The notes under the pieces: model-generated
The model's database searches: none
What the model was told of the DNA's origin: nothing
The model's input: only the letters and a program-made list of their open reading frames with translations
Shown here: positions 50,701-64,000 of the stretch, one piece after another
Layout: every line of letters begins with the position of its first letter
How positions within the stretch are numbered: the stretch's first letter is position 1
Position numbers and translations under genes: made by a program
Source: Aplysia californica
Lineage: Eukaryota
Reading direction: 5' to 3'
Length of the DNA stretch: 64,000 nt
NCBI RefSeq assembly: GCF_000002075.1
Contig: NW_004798014.1
Location: forward strand, 82,076-146,075

Positions 50701-53700
50701 ATAAAGAAACAGACTTTGTGGCCTGTGTGATATGTTTTTCCTGCCTGTTCTTTATTGTTAGGTCTGCATCTAACAGTTTGTGCACCTAATTAAAACAGTG
50801 TCTGCAAGAATTATTAATTGTTTTGGGAAGAAACTGTTTCTGTAAACGATATTAGAGATTGTCATCTGTTTCTGTTCTGTTTGAAAACCTATTGGCAAAA
50901 TCAAAAGTCACATTGTAAATTACAGACAGGTTTGTAGTGATGTGGTTCAGCGGGATATTCAGAGAAACGTTCTATTTACTTTTCTTCGTTCGTTCAGAAA
51001 AGTATTATTGATAGGCAGATTGTGTATATATTTGGGTCAGCCCAAGATGGACGTCGCTGTGAAAATTTAGCTTTTTTTTTTACTATGTGGTTACATATTG
51101 TGTATGTATGTGTGTGAGACAGGGAGAAAGAGAGAGGAAAAAAATGCAGGATTATGCTGTTCCAAAATATTGTTGTTTTGGGAACGCCAGATTTTGTTTA
51201 TTTGCCGCTCCCTCTTATGCTTTGAACTGCGTACGTGATCTTGGAAGTTCAGAAACATCTGCGCTTTAAGGGCTGCACGCTCACCAGATATGGGTGTACC
51301 AAAATAAGTGGGACACGTCATAATTCATTGTCACGGCTTTCGAAAGTTGCGGGGTCGAGAATTCAGTACCAAAACTAGTACACTTATCACATTCCACATT
51401 GGCCGCTGTCAGCGCTTCGTGAGCCGCTGATCATTGTCTCATTTTGTCTTCTTCAATCTGTTTGTGTTTTAAGAATTTGCCTCTGTCCCTTCTGAAAAAG
51501 AAATAGCTTTTTCTCGTTTTTTGTTATCCCATTTAATTTTCAGTTTGTGCAATAATACATTTTGTCACGTGTAATTGTTTCATTTCTCTTATGAGACGTT
51601 TGTGATGTAATATTTCTGACCATTGCAATCACGACTTGCTCGTCAGTTTACTGGAATTTGAAAATCACATGATCACCATTACCTGCTTTGTACGTGAGGG
51701 AATGTATGTTTTGAGACATTTGCTGTTCTATGCACTGGATTGTTTTGTATGTTATTTGATGGGACAGTTAGGAACCCTGTTGTTGCTCTGATTCTGACGT
51801 GGGTGTTTGATGCTCCGCAAACTAGGGTGCTGTCTGTTCTGTTCAAGGGGATGTCTCACTTGTTGAGGGTTGCAAGAAGTCGTGTTTTGAGAGAGGAAGG
51901 AAGGCTTTATTGTGTCTATATGATGCTTGTCTTTTGTCACCTTGGGAGTGTTTGAAGGGAGTGTCTTCCTACTTGTCCTTTAGTTGTTTCTTTCTGTCTT
52001 TTCTTTAAAAATGTTTGTTTTTGTCTATATTCCTGTTGTTAAATAGGCTTTTACTGAGTTTGGGGCTTCTTTCTTACTCAAATGAATATGAACTTTGTCA
52101 TCTGCTTATAACGGGAATTGGCAGGTGGTTAGCGGGTGCTCTGGTGTGGTTTGCTCCTTCTTTTCTATGAAACATCTATCTTCCTTTGCTTCTTTTTTAA
52201 AATGTTTATTACTTTAATGTAACACCTCTAATTTTCGGCTCTTATATGAACTTATTGTGTTGCAAGTGTTGTAAAATTCTTACTAATACATTCTAAGGGA
52301 AACTCATCTTTATACTGTCTAGATAAGTAATTGAAGGGATGGCTTGATGAGCGTAAAGGTATTTTATGGCTTGTCTTTGTGGTCCATTAGGAAATGTACA
52401 TGTGGGGGGTTGGAAGGCACTACCGGGAGGTCCTATTTCTTTACTTTTCCTTTGTTGTTTCTGTCTGTCTGTCTTACTTTTTCTCCACGCTAAATGACCA
52501 TTGGTGTGTCGGTGTGCTTCTCTTTCCTCAAACAAACAAGATGTACTTGTGGAAACTGTGTCCTTTTGTCCCAGGATGCTAGTTTTGAATAAGAGCAAAG
52601 CTAGAGGTGTGAACATCTTAATGTTCCTATGAATTTCAAAAACATTTCTGTCCGATGTTTTTGTATGTCTTTCAGGAGGTCTGATGTTTTTAATGCTGTT
52701 GCTCTAGTCTAGAAAAGTATTGGTTTGGGAATGATTTAATTTGCCCACGGCCAGTGATCTAGGCATAATTGTGTGTATACATCTTGCGCTCAATACCAAC
52801 CCCACCTCCCCCCGTCCGGTCACACACATACACACTCGCACACACACACTGTCACATGCAAATGTAAAAACTCTGTGAGCTGGATTTTCATACCTCTGTG
52901 ATATCTCTTCATTCATACTGATTTGAGTAGTGAGTGAGACTTGCTGGAAAGAATTAGTTTTTGAACTAAAAAGAATTTTGGAACACCAGGAAACATCTTC
53001 TATCATGTTCAAATTTTTGGGGTCTTAGCTTTTTTCACGCTTCTCTGTTGTGAGTGTCTACCTGGGGAGTTTGCGGGCGGTTGGAGGACGCCTACTTCTT
53101 TACCCTTTTCAGTTGTTTCTGTCTGTCTGTCTTACTCAACCTCCAAAGTTCTAGCCCTTCAGCCTGTCGATAATTTACAAGTGATTAAAGAAATAAAAAT
53201 CAGTAATGTATGACCCAGCTGGAAGCAATAAAAAATATATGTCCAATATTAATATTTTGTCTCATGAAATGTCTTTGGGTTACATAATATTAGGTACCAG
53301 AAACTAAATTTTCAAAGTAGCTGTATGCCAAATTTATCTGTTCCATTTGAAAGGCCTATATCCACAGAGCATTTCGGTACCATTCTTTAACCTCTCAGTC
53401 AATTTTTAAGAAAATGGTAGTTGTTTAAAATTTGATTAAATTTGTTAAAGTCAGTCACTGGCTGCAACCCCATGTTTGACAGACAATAAAAGAGTACCAA
53501 GTGCACTAAACATCTCCACATTAACAGAGTACAATCACTATAACAAATATATGGAGCCTAATTTTTTTCAAGACTGTGAGATCATTACAAATCAGTATTT
53601 TATCACTTCAAACACGATGATCTGTCGTTATTTCGACAAAAACAGAGCGTTGACCCCGCCGGCGCCGCACCGGGCCCCGCGGCAAGCGAGTCGGCTTATA

Positions 53701-56700
53701 CTCTAGTGTACCACGCGTGCGGGGTCACATGCTTTCCTGGTCTTGCGGAAGGATTGATGTAAAATAATTCCAAGTTGATAACTTTATTCTAATAGGAAAT
53801 AAACTGATCTTTTCACTGAATTTTTTTATAAGCCGGTATTTTACATATTTTGTGTAAAAAGTGATCTTTAAACATTTTGACAGCATTTTTAAAAGCTTTT
53901 TATTTAATGACCAAATACATACTACGGGAAAGCCCGTTTAAAGCTCTACAGTTCTCCGCCAATGAAAAGACGGTATTTAATCATCGCTCGTTCCGCGAAG
54001 CATTTGAATGCACGCCTGTCAATTTTTTAACCGGCCGACCACGCATTCCGACTGCGAGGGGCTTCGCTTTCTTCGACGATTCTCCAGCTTCTAATAATCG
54101 GACATATAAACAACTTACACCATTGCAACGAGGAAAAGCTGAACTTTTACAAGGTGTACGGCATTTGCTGTTTTATAGCGAAAGAGCAAAGAAACAGCGA
54201 TTGGAATTACCCCGATTTCACCGATACCACGCAGTCGGAAGGCCGCGAGGCCGTGTTTACGCTACCTAATAATATGTATGCTATACATAATGTCAGTTTT
54301 AGTCTCACTTTTTAGAGCTCGGGTATTCCAACTGATGTCATCCAATTTTCTCCTGCTTTGACCCGCGACATGTTCAGAATTGCTTATTAATCCGGCCCGC
54401 AATAAGAATGCTCTTGCCCATGCTTGGCTTACTTAAAGTTAAAAACTACTGGACTGTGTCTACCAGCAACTTCCTGTGTGGGAATTACCGAACCATAAAC
54501 AGATCATATTCAGTTCACTGTGGCTGTGTTGTTGTGAAAATAGATAAGATGAGATAAAATACATCTTTTTTTTCCGAATTTCTGCTTTGTGCACCATCCT
54601 GCCTGTGATAGGTGCTGTGGTGTGGTTTGCTCCTTCTATCTTATCAAATTATCTGTCGTCCTTGTCTCTCCCCCTTATTTTCTTATTATGTTACTCCCGA
54701 GTAATGCCTCAAATCTTCAGCACTTTATATGAATTTGACCTATTTGTGTTGCAAGTGCCGTAAAATTGTACCTAAAACTAAACGAAGCCTATGTGATACA
54801 CACCAATGATTTCAGTGCGTGCTACTGTGACATAAACTGTTGTGTGTGTATGTGTTCCTGTGTACTTAGAGTATTGTGATACTGTACTCTTCTTATTGTT
54901 ATCCTATGTTGTTTGACTTTGTGTACATGTGCTGCAGTTAATGGCTCAGTGGGAAGGCTGCCAGACTCGTGATCAAATAGATTGTGAGTTTGATCCTGGT
55001 CTGGGTTTGGTCAGGGTGTGATGTTTTGTCTTCGGGGGAAAAATGCTTTTGTACTCCTCTCCCCCCCCCCCCCCCCCCCTCATGGGCATGGGGACACGAT
55101 AACAGCAACTGCCAGGAAGGGGTGAGATATGGTCGTATGTGTTTGTGGAGTAGGGGGATCCTTTATTGCATAGCTATAGAGAAACTGGAGGCTCGTGGGC
55201 TGCATTTGGTCTGGAGAACAATTATTTCTGGCCTGTGATAGAATTTTAATCATGAAACTCTCCGTAACACATGAACCTTACTCCTATGAACGAACCTGTT
55301 GTTGAGAAAACATTTGGTAAATCCAGCTCTGACAAATTTTCATTAGAGTGAAAATTAGTATGCCTCGATTTGTGGGGATTTTAACTTTTGTCTGTTTTGA
55401 TTCATATTATTGATTAGTGAACTTGAAACGGCATAGGTTAATTTTGATAGAGTCCCAGTTGTGGATAATACTGTTGATTACTATTGGTCCAGTCTTGAAA
55501 AGTATTGACTGTTTATTACCATTGACGAAGTGCAAGATGTGTCATGGTCTTTTTTTTAGGCTTGAGGTTTGTCATGGAGACCCGAGTTTGATTCCTGTGT
55601 GGGGGAGAATTTTCTACATATCTATTATCTCAATCTCAATCTTTCTATTAGAGCATTGGTGTCCTTCTCAGGCTATGCTGGCCCTGACAGGCAGGGTTGT
55701 GAAGTCCGCTTTCTACCTTGACTTTCTGAATGATCTGACTTGTAATTGTAGTTGGTGGGGGCGTAAAAACACCTACATTCTATGTCTTTGTGTAAAAATA
55801 CTTTTAAAAACTTCATGTTCGCGTGATGCCTTGATTTTCAAAATCATGTCTTGGTCTCTTTCCCGTTCGTCTTGACCTGTTCTTGACAAACTTTGTTGAG
55901 CCGTAGTTATCCAGAATGCAAACGCAAGTTTTTGCGCTCTGATTTGTGACTGAATTTGAATATTTTTAAACAATCCTTGCTCTGTGTGCGTCTTCTTTTC
56001 CCATAAAAGTGATGGTAAATCTTTTTCTTTTTTTTTTTTTTTTAAAGATGCTCTGATATATGATATATAGAGTTTTTTAAAGAAGTGTCTGTGGAAACTT
56101 TGAATTTTGTTGTGTATTTGTGAGGTTCCAATGTCTTGATAATAAAAAAATACTGTGTCTGTGCTTAAGCATGTGTTGTATAGCATGTCATTACGGTCAT
56201 TCCACAAGAGCACAAGTTATGTTTTAAACTTTTGAGGAAATTTGGGGGGGAGGGGGGGGAGGAGCCTAAAATATATGTTAGAGAAATGACAAAGGAGAAT
56301 AAAATTGCATTGTAATATGGCCCATGATGTCTTTACTGGAATAACAGCTTTATATGGAAACCTGCAATAACTGATAAAGACTACGTTTGTGGAATGACTG
56401 TGATGTTGTGCTGTTCAGGACACCGGGCAGTGCTGAAGTATTTTTGTCTGCTTTGAAAAGCCGCATGTTTTGGTGAGACAGAGAGGGCAGTAGATAGACC
56501 AGCTACAGGCTGGCAGCTATTTTCGGTTTGTTTACTGTACTTGTATTATATGTTTTGGTGAAAAGTTAAATGCGGTGCGTTTTGTGCGGAAGAGAGTTTG
56601 TCTGTCGATGAATGTATCTCTGCTTTTGATGTCGGTAGTAAAAAAATGGTATCCTAAGTTGACTTTAAGCAATTTGTTATATATATATGTACTTATAAAA

Positions 56701-56937
56701 CTCTGGTGCCCACTGACCAATTGCGATCTTCTGATGATAATAATGGGATTGCTTTTGTACAGTGTATTTTCATGGAGGGAACTTTTGATGTGATTTAAAT
56801 GTCCATGTCTGAGCGTATTGTAAAGGGATTTCAGTGTAATGGCCACTGTTGTTGTTTTATCAGCTTTGTATTCGTATATAGAAGCAGTGTTGATTCGGCT
56901 GTCAGGTTTCACGCCTGCAAGAGATTTCCAGATCAGT

Positions 56938-57155
56938 GTCTGGTGTGGCAGTTGGTTAGGTGTTTTGTTATCTCATGCAGAAGACCTGAGTTCGATTCCC
57001 GAGTGGAAATTTTTTAAAGCTGGTATCTTGGTCTTTTAGCTGGGATGTTTATATTCCTCTCTGCCAGGGTTAGCCCTGATACTAGTAGGCAGGGTTGGAG
57101 GCCTGCCTCCTGAATGACCTGAATTGTGTTGATGGGGGTGTAAAAGCACCTACTT
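56938..57155 (+). mobile_element. tRNA-derived SINE (second family)
   Basis: Box A-like TGGCAGTTGGTTAG and box B GAGTTCGATTCCC, with tail tgaatgacc...gttgatgggggtgtaaaagcacctac. A related copy lies at about 55540-55777, and other decayed tRNA heads at about 54940-55050(+) and 60420-60495(-). Confidence 0.7.
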
Positions 57156-57267
57156 TAAAGAAGGGCTGAAAACCTAAGAATGTCTCCTCGAGGGGGGGAG
57201 GGGGTTGTGTGTGTGTTTGTGGCATTTTCTCCACTGCAAAGACTTCTCAGGTTTGGACCCGTGGCAT

Positions 57268-57316
57268 GACTGACTACTGTGTCGTGACGACTGACTACTG
57301 TGTCGTGATGACTGAT
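57268..57316. repeat. 21-bp tandem repeat (about 2.3 copies)
   Basis: tgactgactactgtgtcgtga repeated. Confidence 0.85.
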
Positions 57317-59042
57317 AATACAAAGGGGAATTTGAAACTATTCTTGTTGGGAGACTTTGTAGCACATTCATTGGTCAGCAGAGAAGTCAGAATGTTTGCT
57401 CAGCAGACTCTGGTTATGTTCTGTGAGTGTACAGCCTCAGGCTCCTTGCACTCAAGGTAAATGAATATATGTGTTTTCAGTAGGGCTCGATCACAGAAAA
57501 TGCCCATGAATTGCCCGAAGGCGACACTTCTCCTCGCCAGTTTTTTGTTATATTACATTATTTATTTTTACCTTGTGACGAATGATTTGCGTCTTTGAGG
57601 CAAATGAAAGGTTGTGCGAGAAGGGAAAAAAGTTTTGTACTATAGATTGGTGTGTAGGCATATGTATGCCATGCAAATGTGGCTTGTGGTGTGCGTGGCA
57701 AGTGGAGGAGAGACGGAAAGAAAGTTTGGAACTTGTGGTGTGTGCTTGATAGTTGTGGTGAAAAAGTCATAGTGTGTTACTCAATTGACATGTTCCATTA
57801 TGTACGGTACTTGTAATAAATATATTTATGATTTCCTATTCTTGCTGTACATGTCATTGTATTTGATCTATGAAGTCGGAGCTCGTACAAGGAAATAAAG
57901 AAAACATTGTAATACTACAAACTGCTTTTTGTGTTTGTTTACCTTAGTTCTACTGTTCTATCAGTGTCAAGGGTCAATCAAGTGGATCAAGTCTACCGTA
58001 ATTTAGCAATAGCCGATGGGAATCTTTTTTTTTTTTTTTTTTTACTTTTTAAAACTTCCCAATGCATGTTCATGTGTGTGGGTGGTTGATGGTTGCTCTG
58101 CTGATGTGGTTTGCTCTTTTTTAAACTATGCTACATCTATAGCTGTCCATATCTCTACTTTCCTCTACTCTGTGTGTTATTCTCTAAGGAACACCTCTAA
58201 TCTTCAGCCTTAATTATACCTATTGCTGCAAATGCTGTGAAACTCTGAATCAAACTAAAAAAAACCAGTTAAACTAAAACAGTACATTAGACAAGCAGGT
58301 GGTTTGAGGGGGCCTCTGGTAGATCCTACTTCATACTTTTTTCCAGTCCCTGTTGTTGTTTGGGTTGGGTTTTTTGTTTCTCTTGCTTTTTTCACAAGTT
58401 TTTATCAAGTCCATGTGCTTCTCATTACACAAACTAAACTCGGACGTGCCAATGGGGTTTTTAGTTTAGTAAGTTTTAGGGGGCTGGCAACTGTATAAGG
58501 TCACATGAGGGCGTGAAACACAAGTTGGTTGCATTTACAACAGTTCACAACACGGCTTGGTTTAGGTCAATATTTTGATATAAATGTTTAAAATTTGCAG
58601 TAAAATCTCAAATTTTAAAATAGCATTTTAAATAATATTGAAAAATAACGCTATCTACAATTTATTGTAAAGGCCAATGGCATGTATAAAATCGAAAATT
58701 CTGTTGGGATCAACAACGGAGAACAGACCTTGCAATTTTTTGCTTTTGAAATACTTCCTTCGGGTCTCTCCAAAGTCAAGTCTGGGCATTCCGCGAAGAT
58801 GTATCTAATGGTAAAACCAACCGGTTATAGTGTAGGGAAAAAGTAAGACGACAGAAATGAGAAGCAAAAAAAAGTAGAACTTGCCTGTGAAGCCTGCAAA
58901 CCACTCACTCCTTGGTGTGTTTTGTTTGGAGTAAGAATTTTTCGGCACTTGCACAACAACAACACCAATAGGTCATGAAATTGGCGAAGATTAAAGGTGC
59001 TACTAGAGAATAACATGGAAAAGAAGAAGAAATTTTTAAAAA

Positions 59043-59282
59043 CCCTATCCATATGTCGTGTTTTACTATCGTATCCATACGACGTGGGGAACTCTGTGCA
59101 ACCACTTTCCAAAGAGGATATTTACTCGTTAATCCGATCCATACGCTTTGCATAGCTGTCTGTCAAAATGATTTTTTGAAAAATACTGAAACTTTCAAAG
59201 AGATCTTCGTACTAGAAGTATTTAAAAATGTGAAGAATACAACCCCAGGGGTGCAAAATAACACCAGGGCATATGGATAGGG
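59043..59282. mobile_element. piggyBac-type MITE
   Basis: TIR CCCTATCCATATG / CATATGGATAGGG, with TTAA on the right flank. Confidence 0.7.
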
Positions 59283-62200
59283 TTAATGTACACATAAATT
59301 TATAAGGGTGGTTAAATAAGTGTCTCCATTGACACAAAGAGGACAGATATAATAATAGACAATAGATGTTTGATAGGAAAGAGGGAGCAAACCACACCAG
59401 AGCACCAACAAACCACCCACCTGTTTGGTGTGTGGACACAGCAAAATGCATAGGGAGGGCTGGCCTTCTGGTTTTTGTTTGAGTCAAAAGAAGAACATCG
59501 ACGTGATGCAACACAATAGTGGTCATTTAGCGCTAGGGGAAAAAGTAAGACTGACAGAAACAACAGAGAGAAAGTAAAGAAGTAGGACCTACCGGTGGCG
59601 CCCTCCAACCACCCGCAAGGGCTGGCCTCCATAAGAACATTGATCAAAAGCAACAACGTACACATACTTCTTATGTTATATTTATTTGATTTTTGCAATA
59701 CAACATTTAAAAGTATGAGGCAGTAGAAAATGTGGGGTTTAAACACCAGTCCTCAGTTCCTGTGACAATTATTTTTGACACGCCAACAGCACATACACAT
59801 CCATATATTTGCAGACTGTGGACACCAAAAGTTCTGCCAAACACGTGACTACTAACAACTTTTGAGATTTGCTCCATTGACATAACGTACACGAAAATGA
59901 GAAAAATTAAAACAACTTCCTTGACGGAGCACAGCAAGCGTTAACATTTACAAAGATTTTGAGATGTTTCACAAACACCCACTGGTTATCACTCATGGGA
60001 ACATCTTCTGTCAAACTTATTCCTATTCAACAACAGAATAATTATTATTATATTCGATCTCTTAGTCTCAGTGCAAAGTGTGTACAAAAACAAGAGAGGC
60101 ACATCTATTTAATATAAGTAAAAATAGACCCTGCTCTTTAAGTTTGCAACACAACGTCTGTGTGAGTGGATTTATTTTTGTGCAAGTATGGTCTCCGCTA
60201 ACTTATAAGGGCGTTGAGGACAACTAACCAAAAATAATTTGAGCATTGAAAGCAAACGTGGCTGATTTACTTTCCGACATACTTTCATATCATATATAAC
60301 TAGCAATACTTTACTACTCCCCGTCGACACAATTTAGACCATACATGAGGCGGGCTTCGATCCTGCTCGTCAGGGCCAGCATAAGCTGAGAGGGATTGAT
60401 GAAATGCAGAAATACTCAATAAAAATTCTCCCTATACAGAAATCAAACTCGAACCTGCTGCATGGAAAGGAGAAGTACCTAACCGCTACACCAGAGACAT
60501 TGTTCAATGTAAATAAATCCCTTTCCACGAGCCTGTGAAGGCCAAAAAATAAGTCTTATTTCACATTTTTTCTTTTTCCTGCACATTACGCTTCTTTGCT
60601 GCATCAGGCAAATTCAGTCACTGCCACAAGGAAAAATACTTCACTAACTGGAGTCGCTGATATAAAGCTCTGTTAAAGAATCGTTCACTATGAATCCCTA
60701 GCCCCTACGATGAAATATTAGAATATTTAACAAAATGAAACAGGTTAAACCACACAAAGCATACGTTATCTGATTATACTGTATCGGGACAGGAGTGAGG
60801 GGGTAAAACATGAGTTACTGATGTATGTAGATACAGACACTGACAAAATGAAATGACAGATATCATTAGCCAGCTGTCAACACGACTGCACTAAGCCCAT
60901 AATTTCGAAATTTTAAAGAAATTGCAATTTCTTAGTCTGTGGTATCAGTTGCATGTGCTAAAAAAATACATTGTCGGAATTTAAATTCTAAATTAAGTTT
61001 TTTAAAAAGCCAGAAAAATGTATACATAAAGTAGGTGTATTAGTTGAAAGAATAAAACAGTTTTTTTCACTTTCCTCACAAATTGCTACCTTAGAATTAC
61101 AAAGTTCAATCAGACATTTTTGGTTGTTTTGAGTTAGCCAGTTCATGAGGTCAGAAACCGAATGTTCTATCTTCTCTATCAAAATCGTACAACTGTTCGG
61201 AGTCGTTATCAAGATATTCAAAGAATTGCAGTAGAAAAAAATTGACATGTTGTGAAACTCAAAATTTCATACGTCAAATTTCTCGAAACAAGATAAGGAG
61301 CAGATAGAACTTTGGGATTCTAGGGTAGGGAAATGTTACTTTTTGGGCTTAGCACATCTGAACAGCTTGCCGACGACAGAACAAAATTCAATAATCAAAC
61401 ACACAATGATGAAATCATGGTGCAGGCCAAGGTTTTTCAACCAAGAGAAAAGCACCAGTACAGAGGTTTATAAAAATGATAACCACAAACTATTTCCACC
61501 AAAACAGGCAGACCATTAAAAACAGAATTTTACAAGTCTCATTATTATTGCAGCCAACCCTCAAACAACTCATATATAACAAAGTTTGCACTATCTGTAA
61601 AATGTATAAAACTCTGAGATTAACACTGCAATAACACACACAGACAACAGTTGTTTCCTGACAACACATTAACCCCCCCCCCCCCCCCACAGTAATTTGA
61701 ATCTGTTAACAGAGGACACAACAGTCGCATCTGAACCCTGTGCAATATGCCAGGCTNNNNNNNNNNNNNNNNNNNNNNNNNNNNNNNNNNNNNNNNNNNN
61801 NNNNNNNNNNNNNNNNNNNNNNNNNNNNNNNNNNNNNNNNNNNNNNNNNNNNNNNNNNNNNNNNNNNNNNNNNNNNNNNNNNNNNNNNNNNNNNNNNNNN
61901 NNNNNNNNNNNNNNNNNNNNNNNNNNNNNNNNNNNNNNNNNNNNNNNNNNNNNNNNNNNNNNNNNNNNNNNNNNNNNGCCAAGATAATCACCTGTACAAA
62001 TGACCGCTCCCTACATGTAGGCCTACTTCTTTGCATTTTGAAAAACAATATTAACACTTACTGTTACAGTACCGAAGGCTCATAAAGTGAAAATCCCTCA
62101 AGTACCGCACCAGTTTAGAATGCTGAAGCTGTGGTAGAATTTTTAGAAATTAAAAAAAAAATTGGCAGCCCAAGAAACATTCTTTAAAAATTCATAGAGG

Positions 62201-62428
62201 TTCATAAAAAATTCAGCTATCATATAGAGTGACTTCCTTGGGTATTTACTTCAGTGCAGTGCGTCTATATTGTTTAACTATGTTTAGTGTGCCTGGTTGC
62301 GGCGGCGGCGACTTAAGTCACCAATGGTAGTGAGCGCAATACTACGTACAGCCTGGAATGTCGTCGACGGTACTGTAAATGTTCAAATGACACTATCCAA
62401 GACGTCCACTTGTCTAAGACAATTATAT

Positions 62429-62871
62429 ATATGTGAGGCAGCGTGGTGGAATCAGGCTCTTGTCAAAATAATCAAAATGAAGAAACTTGCATTTTTCCAC
62501 TTGTTTGTGAATTTTTATCGAATTTTTATTTTTTGGCTCAACACCTTTCATGCACATAAAAGAATTCATTTCTGTGTGAATTTTTCTGAAAAACGTTGAT
62601 TAAAGGCACACAAAATGTAAATTTTCAGTTACCACGGATTCTTAAGCTAAGGAAAGAACAAATTTTTGGCGGCCATTTGCTCTCTAATTTTACCTCTGAA
62701 AACAGGTGACCCCTACCTCCTTCTTTCGCAAATATCTCGACTTGCATTCAAGATAAATGGATATTTTTTTTATCCAAATAAAGACAAGTGAACAAGCTTT
62801 AAGATGATACAAATAACTCTTCATGCCCAAAAATTGACGAGAGCCTGACTCCACCACACTGCCTCACATAT
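62429..62871. mobile_element. MITE family (about 440 bp), best-preserved copy
   Basis: TIRs of about 38 bp: atatgtgaggcagcgtggtggaatcaggctcttgtcaa / ttgacgagagcctgactccaccacactgcctcacatat. Confidence 0.88.
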
Positions 62872-64000
62872 AGATCTCAACAATGAATGGTTGTCCGTCC
62901 GGAGCTAACATCATTCATTACTGGGACCCAACGAAGGGAATGGAGATCTTTGAAAACTCCCTGTCTGGGATTCAAACCAGGACCATCTGCACCGTTGTTC
63001 AGAAGGATACTTAAGAGCTATATCTAAACTCAGGAAATTGTTTACGAAGTTACCAGCTCCAAAGCTGGAACAGTTTCTGTAGGAGATAACCTGTCCTCAG
63101 ATATTATGGGGACACAAAGCACTCAAATAAAAAATAAAAAATTAAAAAATTGGGAATTTCCTTTTCTTTCAGTTTACTGCTGTTTTTGGATAAAATGTCT
63201 TTGGTATAAGCAATGATAGTACATAACAAGATGGGCCACTTCTCTCTTTGAGCCAATTAAAAAAGTGTCCTCAAAATTTGGTGGCGCCCTCTTCGCGAAC
63301 AGAGTTACCCTACTTGAGTTTTTTAAAATCAAAGTGAAACTAGCAAGTTTTGGGATAAATTTCGGAAGAACGCTTTTTAAAAATGGTTACGCTGACAAAA
63401 AACCTCTTCCAGAGGAAAAGGAGATGGTTTTCTTCGTTTAATTTGACTTTAGAATGAAGGGCGAGAGGTCATTAAAATATTTAAAAAACTAAAACTCCGC
63501 ACTGAACGTACCCCAACTGCTGATGAACAGCAGTCGATCTGCGCACGCAAGGAAGTGCTATTCCTATTCTTCTTCTGGAAAAACGAAAGAGAGCTTCAAA
63601 ACAGACTGCAGCGCCATCTGAAGCAAAGAGCATACTTCCTGCGGACACTTTTTAGGCTGAGTGACCCATCTTGTCTTGTACTATCTTTGGTATAAGTGAA
63701 ATCCACAACATTACACTCCGGACACAGTTCATCATGCGAAACAAATACTCAATACAATAAGTTGATAAAAGAAAAATACCCACAAGTTCAAAAGAATTCA
63801 GTGAAAGAAATGAGCACAAGTTCCTAGTGCAAAATGTAGGCAAAATGTGTGTGTGACGAGAGCTAAAACTTGTCACCAAACGAAAAAATTAAATTTGTTA
63901 AGAAACAAAGGTCACAACAGTTGTGGATGGAGGAGATCGGGAAACCAAAAATTGAAAAAAAACAACAACCAAGGACCTGGGCTTAAGAGAGAGAGAGAGA

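Overview
This is AT-rich, repeat-dense eukaryotic (metazoan, probably invertebrate; a mollusc-like origin is only an impression) genomic DNA with five N-gaps. Most ORF-track entries are spurious because two of the four genes are spliced, so I reconstructed exons by hand. (1) An uncharacterised 390-aa single-pass membrane protein (+, 3415-4587) with a long acidic, tyrosine-motif-rich tail. (2) GTSF1 (-, 7 coding exons, 20729 to 9644, about 252 aa), a piRNA-pathway factor with two CHHC zinc fingers that the ORF track does not show. (3) CLN5 (-, 25783-26760), with an intronless CDS. (4) STAM (+, 15 coding exons, 27883-47748, about 561 aa), the ESCRT-0 subunit. CLN5 and STAM are head-to-head about 1.1 kb apart around a CRE/NRF1-type promoter. 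GTSF1 lies just downstream of CLN5 on the same strand and begins at a splice acceptor, so it may share CLN5's promoter. The rest is a decayed mariner, RTE-LINE fragments, tRNA-SINEs, many MITEs and two high-copy short retroposon families that lack a tRNA head and mostly follow host-gene orientation. All family assignments come from motif recall; no searches were run.
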